Shown: positions 1-12,235 of the stretch, in pieces
Layout: every line of letters starts with the position of its first letter
Numbering within the stretch: position 1 is the stretch's first letter
NCBI RefSeq assembly: GCF_018350175.1
Contig: NC_058369.1
Location: 152,396,001 to 152,460,000, forward strand
DNA: 64,000 bases
DNA from: Felis catus
Lineage: Eukaryota
Direction: 5' to 3'
Notes under the pieces: model-generated
Seen by the model: the letters and a program-made list of their open reading frames with translations, nothing else
The model's database searches: none
What the model was told of the DNA's origin: nothing
Made by a program: the position numbers and the translations under genes

Positions 1-999
1 GTTTGCCTCTGGTACACAAATCCCTACCTCTGCCTATGCTATGAAATAAAACACTTCCTACTTCTTCCAGTGAGAAAATTAGGGTCACAGTTACTGTTTA
101 CCTCTTCCGTGCGGCCAAGGTACCAACTTCCTTTTTTCCCTTACCGTGGGACTCGCCCTTTAAGAAGGTGTATCCTTTCCACCCCCCTTTTGCTTTTACC
201 CCAGGACTGGTGACTATGGGGATCCCTCTTGCTCTTCAGTCTTCCGGGCTTTGCCGCTCGTCAAACCACATCAACACCAGTCTCCAACCTTAATGGTTAG
301 CGACGTCCAGAGGAATAGGGCTCAACGCCCCGCGTAGACAAGGGACTTCATCGCACACAACGGGCTGCGGGGCAGGGAGAATCCACCCCCCAGCCTTTCC
401 CAGACTCTGTCCACCTGTGCCCCACTGCCGGACGTCCAAGTTTGATAGTGAACGCTTTCCAATGGGAAACTGTCGCGGGATTTTTTTTTTCCCATCCTCT
501 GGTCCCTATTGTATGTTCAGCTGCACTGGAGCTAGCTGCTAATCCAAGCCAGAGGCTCTCGTACACAAACAAACCCGGCATTGTGGCCTCCCCCGGGGCC
601 GGAACGCGGCAGTCAAACAAACAATTTAGTCAGGTGACAGCACGCCGCAGGGACAGACGGAGCATCCCCCAGACACCCTCCTGCCCGCGATCACCCTGTC
701 CCCTTCCGCAGCGCGGGCCAGGGAAGCCACCAAACCAGGCAAAGTGATGCTGGAGAAAACAATGGAGAATGAACCAAAACGCTTTCGTACGCAAAGAGGT
801 CTAGCCTAATGACAGAATTCTTTGTCCAAGAGAGGGTATGCTCCCGGTTGTAGTGAGGTTGAAATAAATTACACAGGACAGGGGCCCATTTCTGGGCTCC
901 GGCTAGGGGAAAGAGGGAGTATCGCACCAAAACCTCTTCAGATACTCACTGGCCCCTGGTCACAGAACAGACGGAAAGAGGTAGAACGTCATGGTGTTG

Positions 1000-1238
1000 A
1001 AGAGCTTTGTAGTTAGAAACGTCTGGACTCCGGTATCAGTCCTCCCTTTTGCCAGCTTGTGACCTTTAGCAAGTTACTTAACGACTGTGAGACTCCGGTT
1101 CCTCGTTTTGAAACTAAGAAGGAAAATGGTCTTTCTCCCGCAGGGTTGTTGGGAGCCTTGTATCTGGAACTGAATGTAGAGTTCTAGCACCGTGTCCATC
1201 ACGTAGAAAGCACCCAACAAACGTTAGATATCATTATT
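1000..1238 (+). mobile_element. MIR (ancient mammalian SINE) relic
   Basis: MIR core-like TTGTGACCTTTAGCAAGTTACTTAAC..., followed by CAGGGTTGTTGGGAG and a 3' end like TAGCACCGTGTCC...CACGTAGAAAGCACCCAACAAACGTTAG. Confidence 0.75.
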
Positions 1239-2134
1239 CCAGTCGGTGGATCGTGCTCAGAAAGGAAGCCCGGGAGGAAATAAGGCACAAAGAGTAAACA
1301 AGGTCTGCAGCTTCTAGAAGTAGCTGGTGACAAGGGACAAAGTCTGGCCCTGGAAGTTCCTAGAAATAGCACCTCAGAGGTGCTGGCAGGTCCTGAACTT
1401 GACTGATTGCCATGCGCCCCCAGAGCACATCAAGGGAAGCTAGGCATGCCAATGGCCAGCATGAAGCCCGGATACAAGATGTCTTCATATAATAGCAGAA
1501 GGCAGGCCGCTGGGTGCCTGAACATTGATAACGGAAATAACCCTGAATATGAAGGATAGAGCAGAAAAGAAAAGCTGGAGATGCTGAACCAAACAATCGC
1601 TCATGTCACAATTTTTGGGCAGGGCAGCCAAGTAATATTAAATCTTGCCAGGGTTGGTGGAGGGAGGGTAGCAGGGATGGGGAGAGCAGAAACTAGGTAA
1701 ACTGTTATCTTAATTCTAGGCAACAAGTGTGAATTGAGTCCCTGCTCTGTGCCAGTTGCTATTTTGGCACTGAAAAAGAGAAAGAACTAGATACTGCTAG
1801 GTAGCAGTAGAGTCCAGAACAAGGAGATTCAGTGACCTAACACATGACCACAGACGCTCAGACTATAACAAGTTCCTTTCAACACAAGGGACCAATGATC
1901 CAAAATGATTGAACAACTGAAGCATCTTCACACGCGGACCTACAAAGAGAAATGGCATCAGCTGGATGCTCTCTTGCGGAACAAATCGGAAGATCTGCAG
2001 ACGTGCCTCAGCAAACCCCAGTCAACATCTGTAGGTCTTATTCTTTCTAGTATGTTCCTCAGATATCCCTCAATTCACATGGCGCTCCTCACTGGGCATT
2101 TGGTCATCCTTATGTTAGAAAGAGTCAAACTTAC

Positions 2135-2282
2135 CAGATAAGCCAGTGTCTCACAGTTTCTCCATTTCCACTTGCTGGTAGAGTGTTGTTAGAGGTTGCT
2201 TAAAGCCTTCCTGGTTAGTCTGCAACTCACTGCCACATTGGTCACCTCTCCCCGTTCAGGGCTTCCTGGCCTCTCTGCAAGC
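2135..2282 (-). other. Candidate 148-bp non-coding internal exon on the minus strand
   Basis: Minus strand reads GTGTCCTTTAG|GCTTGCAG...TTATCTG|GTAAGT. Donor is consensus, polypyrimidine tract is modest. The frames I checked contain stops. Could be chance. Confidence 0.25.
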
Positions 2283-2694
2283 CTAAAGGACACCCCAAGC
2301 TCACTGCAGCACTAGGAGTCATAATAGACAGAAATATTGAACACTCTCAAGGAACAGTGTGACTTTGCTTACACCACACCGAGAACAGAGGCAGGCGATT
2401 CCCTAGCACGCTAGATGATGAGCAATGAAATTCATTCCCTTTTGAGAAAAACAGCCTCTAATACTTAGGCTGATCTTCCTCGCCAAAGATACACTGAAAT
2501 TGCCCTAAGAAGAGCAGTCCCACCTTTGCCCTACTCTGTACTTGTTTTCAAATGCTGCTCACATCCTAATGGACAACAGTAAATCTAGCTACACCTTGAT
2601 ATGGCCTTGGTAATCAGGTAAGGACGATGTCATTGTAGATGGGAAGAAGCCAGGGGGATGATAATCTGTCCTTCAAAATAAAATTGGACTTTTT

Positions 2695-2902
2695 TTTTTC
2701 AACGTTTATTTATTTTTGGGACAGAGAGAGACAGAGCATGAACGGGCGAGGGGCAGAGAGAGAGGGAGACACAGAATCGGAAACAGGCTCCAGGCTCTGA
2801 GCCATCAGCCCAGAGCCCGACGCGGGGCTCGAACTCACGGACCGCGAGATCGTGACCTGGCTGAAGTCGGACGCCTAACCGACTGCGCCACCCAGGTGCC
2901 CC
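2695..2902 (-). mobile_element. Young felid Can-SINE (SINEC_Fc-like), full length
   Basis: Reverse complement of GGGGCACCTGGGTGGCGCAGTCGGTTAGGCGTCCG...(CT)n...AATAAACGTTG(A)n; 15-bp TSD AAAATTGGACTTTTT at 2680-2694 and 2903-2917; TT|AAAAA L1-endonuclease-type site. Confidence 0.97.
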
Positions 2903-4755
2903 AAAATTGGACTTTTTAATACGAAGGGCCAAGCCTGAATTTTTTTCTGATTCAAACAAGATACTTAACATCACACATTCTAGCTGGTGAGTGGAAGGCA
3001 AGGGAGAAAACTAACCCAGGCAGCTCACTGGCGTGTGTACAGCTAAGCCCTGGGCCTGGATCCTGCTGTGCTCCAGCCCAGCTTCTCTGTCTCCTCCTTG
3101 ATCCCCTTTCATGATCCCCCCTGAGCGGGGAGGAGAAATGGATGGAAACGGTGGGTTAGAGATGTGCAACTTCAGGCAGGCGTTTGGTTCCAGCGACCAA
3201 ATGGTCTACCTCGCGGTCCTGCACCCAGGATTGTTCAGGTTCTATCTGCGGTAAGAACTCTTCACTGGAAGAGCTGCTACTGTTTTTTTCTTCGAAAGCT
3301 TCTCGGAGGAGAACGAGGAGAGGGCAGGGTTGCTCCACAGTCAGAGCTGGACTGACTTCATGGCATTATTATACCAAGAGGCACCTAGAACCCAGGGGAC
3401 TGGAAAAGCAAACAAATCCAGCCCAGAGAAACCCAACAAACTCCACCAGAGTCAGATGGGACCCTGCCATCTGTGGTTCCTCCACAGTGGAGGAAACTTC
3501 AAACGTGTCTACGAGAATTTTCTGGGAAGCCTGAAGTTCCTCTTCGCAAGTGCAGGACTTCCGACCATCAGGTTTTGGACATTTTCCCTAAAGTTTCTGA
3601 TCCAGTCCACTACCATTTCTTTTGTCTGTTGGTTCTGCTGCCTTTGAAGTTAACCGCTCTCATGTTAACCTCTTGCAAGAGAACATCCCCGGGGTGAGAC
3701 GTTAGAAACCCAGAGTTAGACTGCTTTTAGGAAATGTGGATCTATTTTGAGAGAAATTGGTCAGAAATCCACCTCTCCCCACTTACTCGTGCCGAATTGC
3801 TTTTGATCTCTTTCTCCAAACCAAATTCATTTACGATAGCCTTGAAGTACATCTTCAAATCCCCAGATATCATATATCAGAGGGCAAGCTCTGTGATCCG
3901 GAGCTGTCAGAACTAAAGCCGCTATTTAAAAAAGGCTAAAAAATCATTTCAGACTCAAGTTGCTGGGGAGCCCAATACCAGCAAAGACAATCAAAGCACT
4001 TAACTACCGCGCGTCCTCTACAATCAGGAATGCGGTTGTCACACCCAAATTTGATCGGACTCACTTGAAACTAGAGTCAATTTGTACATCAGTTGTTCCC
4101 AATGACAACAGGGCAAATAAACAACTCTCCATTGGGTGCCAGTGCATCAAAGAGCCATAGGCATCAAAAGGTTTACGCCTGCCATGTTGCCCACCTGTGG
4201 TGCCTTAGGCCCAGCCTCAGCCCCAGAACAGCCCAGAAGGTCCCCCAGCTTCCTGGGAGCTGCTCAAGGGGTTAGAGTGGACCCGGGTGGGATCAGGCAG
4301 CTGTGGTGTCCCTGCGGAGACTTTTGCCCTGCCCCCTTCCCCAGGATATGGATCTGGAAGGGTCCTCAAGGGTAAGACTGGAAGATACTGTTTACTCAGC
4401 TTGACCTTTCATTGGCACGCAGTAAGTTCCACAGGATTACTTGTTCCAGGCTAAACGGCACATCCTTTGCTGGAACAAAGATTTTTTGTTTGCTTCAAGG
4501 GATTATGTTTGTTTGTTTTCAATTTTCTACTTCCAACTTTTTTATGAGAGTCTGTAATAGTAATTTACTCAGCTTTTATTATTTTGTTTACATTTCTTTA
4601 AATTTAAATTCTAGTTGGTACTAAGCTTTTTTTTTTTTTCAGGATTCAAATTTATCCAGGTCAAGACAAATAAATTGAATTTCCATCTTAATGGGCCCAT
4701 TTAGTAAAAACAAATGCACAGTAATGCGCGTAAAGCTATCAAAGATGTAGCTCAA

Positions 4756-4962
4756 GGGGCACCTGGGTGGCTCAGTTGGTTGAGCAGCTCTGACTTCCGC
4801 TCAGGGCATGATCTCATAGTTCGTGGGTTTGAGCCCCACTGAGGGCTCTGTGCTGACAGCTCGGGAGCCTGAAGCCTGCCTCAGATTCTGTGTTTCCCTC
4901 TCTCTTCTCTGCCCCTCCATGCTTGTGTTCTCGCTCTCTCTCAAAAATAAATATTAAAAACA
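4756..4962 (+). mobile_element. Can-SINE, older copy
   Basis: GGGGCACCTGGGTGGCTCAGTTGGTTGAGC head, degenerate B-box GGGTTTGAGCCCC, CT-rich tract, AATAAA/A tail. Confidence 0.93.
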
Positions 4963-6539
4963 ATTTTAACAAAAAATATGTAACGTGCATTATGTTGATT
5001 TAAAAGCAGGATATACAATTATTCATACAACTAATTTTAAAGTTACTTCAGTAAAATTGTACATGTATATCAGACTGTTAATAGCATCTATTTTGAGCAA
5101 GGCTATGAGTTTTTTAATTTTTAAAAATGTGATTGTCTTAGACCATGAACACATTTTTCTAGAATGAGAAAAAATGATGTTTTTTCAGGTAAATATTTGT
5201 TTTTCTAATAACAAATATAATATTGAAAAACGCTTTTCACTTTTTTTCCACAGAATTAGAATTAATCAACCTTTTCACACATTTGACATGTATTGAGCTG
5301 TATTTGAGATTCTGAATATTGCCAAAGGCACTGAATTTAATAGTTGAAGGTACATTGTAAATAAGAGGATGGGAAGAAGGCCTTTTGTTTTCAAGTTAAA
5401 GGACCTAACCCTGTTAACATTGTCTAATAAACTGCCTGCTTTCCCTCCTAGAGCAGCTTCGGGCTTCCTCGGTTACACCCCTTGGACCATACCTAAAGAA
5501 ATGTATCGTACACCCAAGGCAACTTTTCTTTTTTTTTGTAGAACGTATTTTTTGAAGGACAGAATGGGTCCTCGCATACTATCCTCCAAAGCGGCTGGGT
5601 ATTTCTTTTAAGCCAAAGATCCTACTCTGGCTTACCAGGGACACCCCCTAGGACCAGCTGGAAGATGCCCACTGGAGCCCCTCCGATGTTCTGACAATCA
5701 GAAACAAAGACCCCTATGTATCAAAACCTGGGGGATGATTTTCTGCTACTGGGAGCGATCGTCTCAGGGCGAGGTTTACAAAATGTTGTATTATCAGCAA
5801 ATAAGGGAGGCCAGTACAAAAACACCTTTTCAAAATTTTGTATGGCCTCCCTCCGTATGTTTTTAGCTTGAGTGAAGAGTTTCTGTTGCCTAAGAATGTT
5901 AACCGACATGTGAACATCCTCAGTGATTAAACCTGGGCTCTGAGGCAAAAGTCTCTGGCTCCTTCTCTGGGCAGCCCAGGTTCTTCTTGGAAGTCACACA
6001 CATGGCTGGCACCTGCTCAACTTCCATTCCAGCAGGGAAGGGATGGTCAAAGACAATGATACATGTTCGAAACCTAAGGCAGAGAATTTTCTAGCACAAA
6101 GAAAACAAATTACATTATATCCTTTTCATATTAAGAATGAAGTTTCCTAAACACTTCTCACTAGCTTTTTCAGGCAAATTAAGAAGGCAGCAGTTGGATC
6201 AATTCTCCCTTCTCCAGGGAAAGCACTGGGAATGAGGCCCTAGTATGCACCTGGCAGGGGGCCTCTGAATCCAACAGGCCTTTCCCTCGAGTAATTCAGA
6301 TGGCGATTGCAAGTTTCTTTCATAAACAACCACACAGTACGTATTTGGACATGAAGCATGGGCACGAGCGAAAGGTGTGCACGTAGCAAGAAGGGTTATG
6401 GCCAATGACCCTCAACGTTTGTATTAAGCTCTGGATGTCACGACTGGGGAGTTCTGATCCCTCCCAAGTTTGTTGAACTTGACTCTGATGGCTGGCCACT
6501 CCAAGTGAGGTCCCCAGCTCAGCGGCACCTCTATGGCTG

Positions 6540-6660
6540 GGGAGCTCCTGAGAAGGGCGGGCTCTAAGAGTCTCCGAGAAGCCTACCACATCCGAATCTG
6601 CATTTTTGCAAGATCTCCAGGTGACTGAAATGCACATTCAAGCATGAGAAGCACCTGGTA
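6540..6660. mobile_element. MER5-like hAT-Charlie DNA transposon fragment
   Basis: GAATCTGCATTTTTGCAAGATCTCCAGGTGA...TGCACATTCAAGCATGAGAAGCAC resembles the MER5A terminus. Confidence 0.55.
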
Positions 6661-7919
6661 CCATGTAAACACGGTGTTGCTAGTCAACTGTAAAGACGGA
6701 AGTTTAGGGAAAATAACTGAAAAAGCCAGTGTGTCTCCTTTACAACGTTTAGGAACAACTAGAACATTTAGCATAAGAATGCAAAACCATTTTAGGTTAG
6801 ACTTTCTTAGGATTGTCTTCTTGTCTTTTTTTTTTTTCTTTTAATAGGACTCCGATTCTCTTTTTTTCACACCCTTCGCACATCTCTCCTCCCACTCACT
6901 TCAGCGGGTCACACTTACCTTCGGGCACTTTAAGCAGTGTCTAGGTGTCCTCAGCAAACGACAATGACAAGCAGCAGAATTGGCAAAAGAGAAGTACAGA
7001 ACTGGCTCCACTGATCTTATCACTAATAGCTCACATTTAGCGTCACAGTTTACAGTGTATAAACGTTGGAACGTCACAATTTACCTGTGTCCCCAACCTG
7101 TGAGGTCGGCAAAGCAGGTAATGTCGTCACCGTCATCACTGCGATCTGACAGCTAAAAGAAATCCTGAGGTTCTAGGAGATTCGGTGACATATGCACCAC
7201 CCTATACCCAACAACAAGCAAAACTGCAGTGAAACGATGTGGGCTTCTGCATCTTAACCTTGACTCCTTCCTCTGAGCTGATGTCTCCTTGGTGGCAGGA
7301 GGATTCAAAAAGGACGCGCTGATGGGCATCACCACCAGTGTCAGCAATGGGGTGGCCACGCCTGGACTGGGGGCTGTATGCACAGTGTTCTCCTAGACAC
7401 TACAAGAAAGGTCAAGGTCAACAGTCCGATCTGAAGACTCCAGGCCTTAAGCATGGCCACATGGTCTGCGTGTTGCTTCTCAGAGGAAAGAGGTTTGGTA
7501 GCTGCATTTATATAGAACGATCAGGGAGCGTGGACAGGAGAAACATTTCAAGAAGGAGAGGGTCTCACCCAGGTCCCTGTCTGTATGTTTGAGAACCCTG
7601 CTGGGCACGAGAAATAAAAGCAGTGGGGGAGGGCAGGGTCATTGGTACTCCACCACCATAATGAACCCCTTCACCATCCTCATCAAACTCTCCCTAGCCG
7701 TCAGACTCTGGGTTCGGTCCGTCACACTCATTTTCTAGTTTAATACTCATATCAGTCTTACAAGGTAAGCATTAGTGCTCACATTAAAAGGAGAGATAAG
7801 GCAATTGAAGAAAATCCGTCGTATTTGCTGATGATCACATAGCTAGTAATAAGTGTCACTGTGGTTTCTACCTTCATTTTCTAGACCCTAGAGCTCAAAT
7901 ACCGTAGTGTTAGGGCTCA

Positions 7920-8084
7920 CGTTTCTAATGCATCACCTGCATCCAGACAACCTGTCACATGCTCAGGTTCCTGGATTCTACCTCTCAGGTCAGAATCCAT
8001 GGGGACGGGCCACAGGCATCTGGGTGCTAAGACATGACTCTAGTTATTCTGATCAACATTAAAGACAGGGAACCACTACCCTAG
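7920..8084. mobile_element. MER5A-like DNA transposon relic
   Basis: ATGCTCAGGTTCCTGGATTCTACCTC...CAGAATC...GGGCCACAGGCATCTG...TTATTCTGAT...GGGAACCACT. Confidence 0.5.
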
Positions 8085-9541
8085 GTTACTGGGCCCCTTA
8101 CTGTACCTACATGGGAGTTTGGGTTTGATATCAGAGGGACCTGGGACATAAAACTGATCAGCCAAAGGAAGAAATGGCATTATATTCTAGAGAAGAAAAA
8201 AAAATGCCCAAACTGGGAATTTTAAGACTCTGGTTTTTAATACTTGTATGGCATTTAATGGGGGTCACCTGGACCTCTCAAAGCTTAACTATATCAATTA
8301 AAAAAAAAAACTGCTCAGCCTAAGTAGAATTGTTACAAACATATGCAAAAATAAAAGTATAAAGTTCTGAATAGCAAATGTTTTAAGGCCACGTCAAAGT
8401 TCTGATGAAAATAATACTTCAAGTGATCAGTCTTGTAGCTTTGAATTCTATGGTTAAAGAAGAGGTAAGCCGGACATCTCTGTTACGGAGGTAGCTCTGA
8501 GTCAGATACCATGCGAGGTTTGGGCATAAAGTGGACGAGGAGAAGTAGGATTAGGAAGACACTCCAGAGAACTAGAAGGCTTATTTGACTTTTAGAATGA
8601 AGGAGGTAAAGAAATGAGAGATGGAGAGGCTTCTTGTAGCAGTTTGGGGCTGAGAATGCAGGCGCTCGGCTTTAAATAGGAAATTGTTACCAGGTGATGT
8701 TTAGAGGGATCGCACATAGAGGACGGATCGTCGAGGTGACCGGAGCAGGAGAGGCACAGAGAATGGTATTCAGAGTCATTTGTTCATTGCCTCACCCCTT
8801 TGCCAGACGGTATTGGTCATTTTCAATGGTCCTGTGCTAGATACTGTAGGGTTCTGGAGATGAATGAGAGTCCCAGCCTTCAAGGGTGCATGGTGTGGGT
8901 GGGGTGGCGCTGGTGGTAACGGTGAGTAATTATGATAGAGAAAGGAAGAGCTCTTTCAGGGCCAACCCTGCTGCGAAAGGCAAGTCACTGGAAGGGGTGA
9001 TGAAGAGGTGGAAGATAGAGCAGGGGAAAAGCAGAGCTCCACCTAGAGGGCAGATTTGCCTTCGAAACCTTCCCTGGGCGCCTTTGACGTCCAAACTCAA
9101 AATTCCACAGCCAGAGTTAGAGGATTTGCTCTCTTTTCCTCCATGTGTATATTTCCACTGAAGGACCGTCATCTCATGTCTGGTATAAGTTTTCCTAAGG
9201 AGAATATCTAGGGTGATGCGTCAAATCTTTAATAGTATTTTTATTCTAAATAACTCAGACTGAATTCTAAGATGTCACTTTCAGTCACTTCCTTTCTTCT
9301 CTACTTATCATGTGGCAAATGTGAAATGAAAACACAAAGGAATCGGGAGTTCAATTTCTCTTCCAGGATAAATGACATTAAAGTAACCAAAAGACGGCGA
9401 TGCTTTCGAAATAAATATTATCACCTTCTCCATTTAGTCTTTTGTGAGTTACACTTCCCTCTTAAGAAAATGGGTTTTGTTTTTGTTTTTTAAATCACTT
9501 TGTTGCTGGAACTGTCCAGGACAAAAATTTTGTATGTCCAT

Positions 9542-9603
9542 TATCTTACTCTAACTTGCGTTGTAGTAATTTGTGGTACATATCTTACTCTAACTTGTGT
9601 TGT
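9542..9603. repeat. 23-bp direct repeat (one mismatch) with a 16-bp spacer
   Basis: TATCTTACTCTAACTTGCGTTGT at 9542-9564 and TATCTTACTCTAACTTGTGTTGT at 9581-9603. Confidence 0.9.
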
Positions 9604-9827
9604 GTACTAATTCTAAGGATATTAATACATACACTGAGTAGCCCATAAGCTGTTCGAAACCTACATAACTATATAACCCTGACATATAATAGGACCATCA
9701 ATATCTATGGAAGTCTGTTAGTGTTAAGAATAAAATAACAGTAAGTCCTTTACTTCAATCTCTTTCCCCAAGTAGGGTTGTGTTCAAAGCATCCCCTACA
9801 GTGTTCATTTAAAAAAAAATTTTTTTA

Positions 9828-10042
9828 GGGGCGCCTGGGTGGCGCAGTCGGTTAAGCGTCCGACTTCAGCCAGGTCACGATCTCGCGGTCCGTGAGTTCG
9901 AGCCCCGCGTCAGGCTCTGGGCTGATGGCTCAGAGCCTGGAGCCTGTTTCCGATTCTGTGTCTCCCTCTCTCTCTGCCCCTCCCCCGTTCATGCTCTGTC
10001 TCTCTCTGTCGCAAAAATAAATAAACGTTGAAAAAAAAAATT
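9828..10042 (+). mobile_element. Young felid Can-SINE (SINEC_Fc-like), full length
   Basis: Intact A-box TGGCGCAGTCGG and B-box GAGTTCGAGCC, CpGs retained; flanked by an (A)n(T)nA target duplication. Confidence 0.97.
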
Positions 10043-10621
10043 AAAAAAAATTTTTTTTAAACGTGACACCAAAACTCAATAGAGAATGGAGAGATTTGAG
10101 ACTTTTCTCATGAAAACTGGAAGAGAAACTCAAAGGGTCATGATCAATACTGAAGCATTTGGAGGAAGGGGGGGGTGGTTGGGAGGTACCTGAATATTTC
10201 CAAAAGAATGTCCACATTTGGAAGCTGAGGGGCAAAGAAGTAAACAACACAAAACCAAACCTGAGAGGAGTGGCCAAGGAAGTTGGGGAAAAAATTAAGG
10301 TAATATGCCAAGGAGGTTCTGTAAAAGAGAATCATAAGGAGGCAGTGCGGGTAAGCAATGTTGCTGCAACGCTAAGGAAAAGCAAGAAATGTAAAAAGCC
10401 ATTTGTTGGATGAAATGACCTGTGACTTGTAAAGTGTTTTTCTCAGAGATGTGGAGTTGGGGGGTGGCGGGCGGGGGGGGGGGGGGACATAATGGATTTT
10501 CACTGTTTGACATCTCTTTTAAGCGAATTTGTAATAAAGGATTTCATCAATTACCATGATTTCCATGCACAAAGCGTTTGGAATTGTAAAACTGTAAGCC
10601 CTAAAGAAAAGCAACTCTGGA

Positions 10622-10840
10622 GGGACGCCTGGGTGACTCAGCCAGTAGAGCCTCTGGCTTCAGCTCAGGTCACGATCTCAGGTTCGGTTTGTGCGTTCCT
10701 GCCCCACATCGGGGTTACCGAGGTCAGTCTGCTAATGCAAAACCTGCTTCAGATCCTCTGTCTCCCTCTCTTTCTGCCCCTCCCTGCTCATGCTCTCCCT
10801 CTCAAAAAATAAACATAAAAAAATAAAGAAAAAAAAAAGA
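10622..10840 (+). mobile_element. Can-SINE, diverged
   Basis: GGGACGCCTGGGTGACTCAG...CAGCTCAGGTCACGATCTCA...CT-rich tract, AATAAA, poly-A. Confidence 0.9.
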
Positions 10841-10915
10841 ACCTCTGCGTGGTGTTTATTTTACGTTGTCTAGCACGGTATTAGGCATCCAGCCTGTATA
10901 TAAAAACGTTGTTTA

Positions 10916-11141
10916 GGGGCGCCTGGGTGGCGCAGTCGGTTAAGCGTCCGACTTCAGCCAGGTCACGATCTCGCGGTCCGTGAGTTCGAGCCCCGCGTCA
11001 GGCTCTGGGCTGATGGCTCAGAGCCTGGAGCCTGTTTCCGATTCTGTGTCTCCCTCTCTCTCTCTGCCCCTCCCCCGTTCATGCTCTGTCTCTCTCTGTC
11101 CCAAAAATAAATAAACGTTGAAAAAAATAATAAAAATAAAA
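10916..11141 (+). mobile_element. Young felid Can-SINE (SINEC_Fc-like), full length
   Basis: Near-identical to the 9828 copy; perfect 16-bp TSD ATAAAAACGTTGTTTA at 10900-10915 and 11142-11157. Confidence 0.98.
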
Positions 11142-11576
11142 ATAAAAACGTTGTTTATTACAGTTAAACTGACTCGCCAGAGGAGCGAGTCAACCCTGCA
11201 TGACTGAGGCAGGACCCGGGCGGAGGGAGGCGAGGAATCGAGGAATCCTCGCTCCGCAGAAGTGGAGAAGCCGAGAGGAGAATGAAGCCAACACCTCTGC
11301 TAGTGAGCAGTGACAAAAGCACACGCGGATCCCAGCCAGGGTCTTAGTCAAAACGGAAAGCGCCCAGAAAGCACACTGGCCCCGAGAACAATGTGGAGGG
11401 AACCAGATCAGAAAACCGTAAACATTTCCTCCAGCTTTTCCATGCATCCCTAGATACGGGCCACCCTTCCGGATCCACAGGTACATGAATGGGTATATGC
11501 CACCGCAGACACGGCCGAGGAACTGAGCAAGACATCGTGGGGCTTGTTGCATGGGAAGGAGGACAACAGGATCAAT

Positions 11577-11638
11577 GAAAAGGAGAAAAAAAAGGAGAAA
11601 AGGAGAAAAAAAGGAGAAAAGGAGAAAAGAAGGAGAAG
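11577..11638. repeat. 62-bp pure purine tract of (A)nGGAG units
   Basis: GAAAAGGAGAAAAAAAAGGAGAAAAGGAG...; no pyrimidine on the + strand over the span. Confidence 0.9.
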
Positions 11639-12054
11639 TGAGAGCCAGAGGGGGGCGGGAAGGGGAAGGGCTAAAGTTGGAAGCCGTGGAAGCAACAGGT
11701 TAGGAATACAGCATTCTGTCTGTCTCCTAAGTAACATTTCGGTTTGTGGTAAACACAGTTCTTAGAATTGAGAGCACAGTGTCAGTTACTAGGACTCACT
11801 TTTTTTAAGATTAATATACAATTTTTTTTTTTTTTTTTTTTTTACTAAGTATGAAGTTTAGGAATCTAAGAATTCTGCTTTCAGGAAACACATTAGGAGG
11901 CTTTTTTTTTTTTTAAGATGTCACTTTACCCAAACCCACCATGAAGAAATGGTTAATAAATCCCAGTAGAAGAAATTACATTTTATTTCTCAAAATATCT
12001 CAGGCATGAACTCTTCCCTGTATTTCTTGCCTACCCTTAAGAATGGGACTCGTG

Positions 12055-12235
12055 GGGGTGCCTGCGTGGCTCAGTAGGTTAAGCGTCTGACCACTTCAGC
12101 TCAGGTCTCATGTTGGTGAGTTCAAGCCCCACATTGGACTCTGCTGTTAGCGTGGAGCCCACTTCGGATCCTCTGTCTCCCTCTCTCTGCCCTCCCTCAC
12201 TCATGCTGTCTCTCTCATAAAAAAAAAAAAAAAAA
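12055..12235 (+). mobile_element. Can-SINE, diverged, with internal deletion
   Basis: GGGGTGCCTGCGTGGCTCAGTAGGTTAAGCGTCTGAC head, CT tract, A tail, degenerate TSD GAATGGGA. Confidence 0.9.

Noticed and set aside
2699-3001. ORFs with near-identical peptides recurring at 2.7, 18.1, 21.1, 21.9, 28.3, 31.0 and 56.1 kb
   Set aside because: They are translations of Can-SINE copies, not a gene family.
9542-9603. Repeat-spacer-repeat patterns resembling a mini CRISPR array (also 17911-18059 and 52899-52937)
   Set aside because: Only two units each, unrelated to one another, in mammalian DNA with no cas genes.
9828-9910. tRNA-like A-box/B-box sequences
   Set aside because: These are tRNA-derived SINE heads continuing into CT tracts and poly-A with TSDs; they are not tRNA genes.
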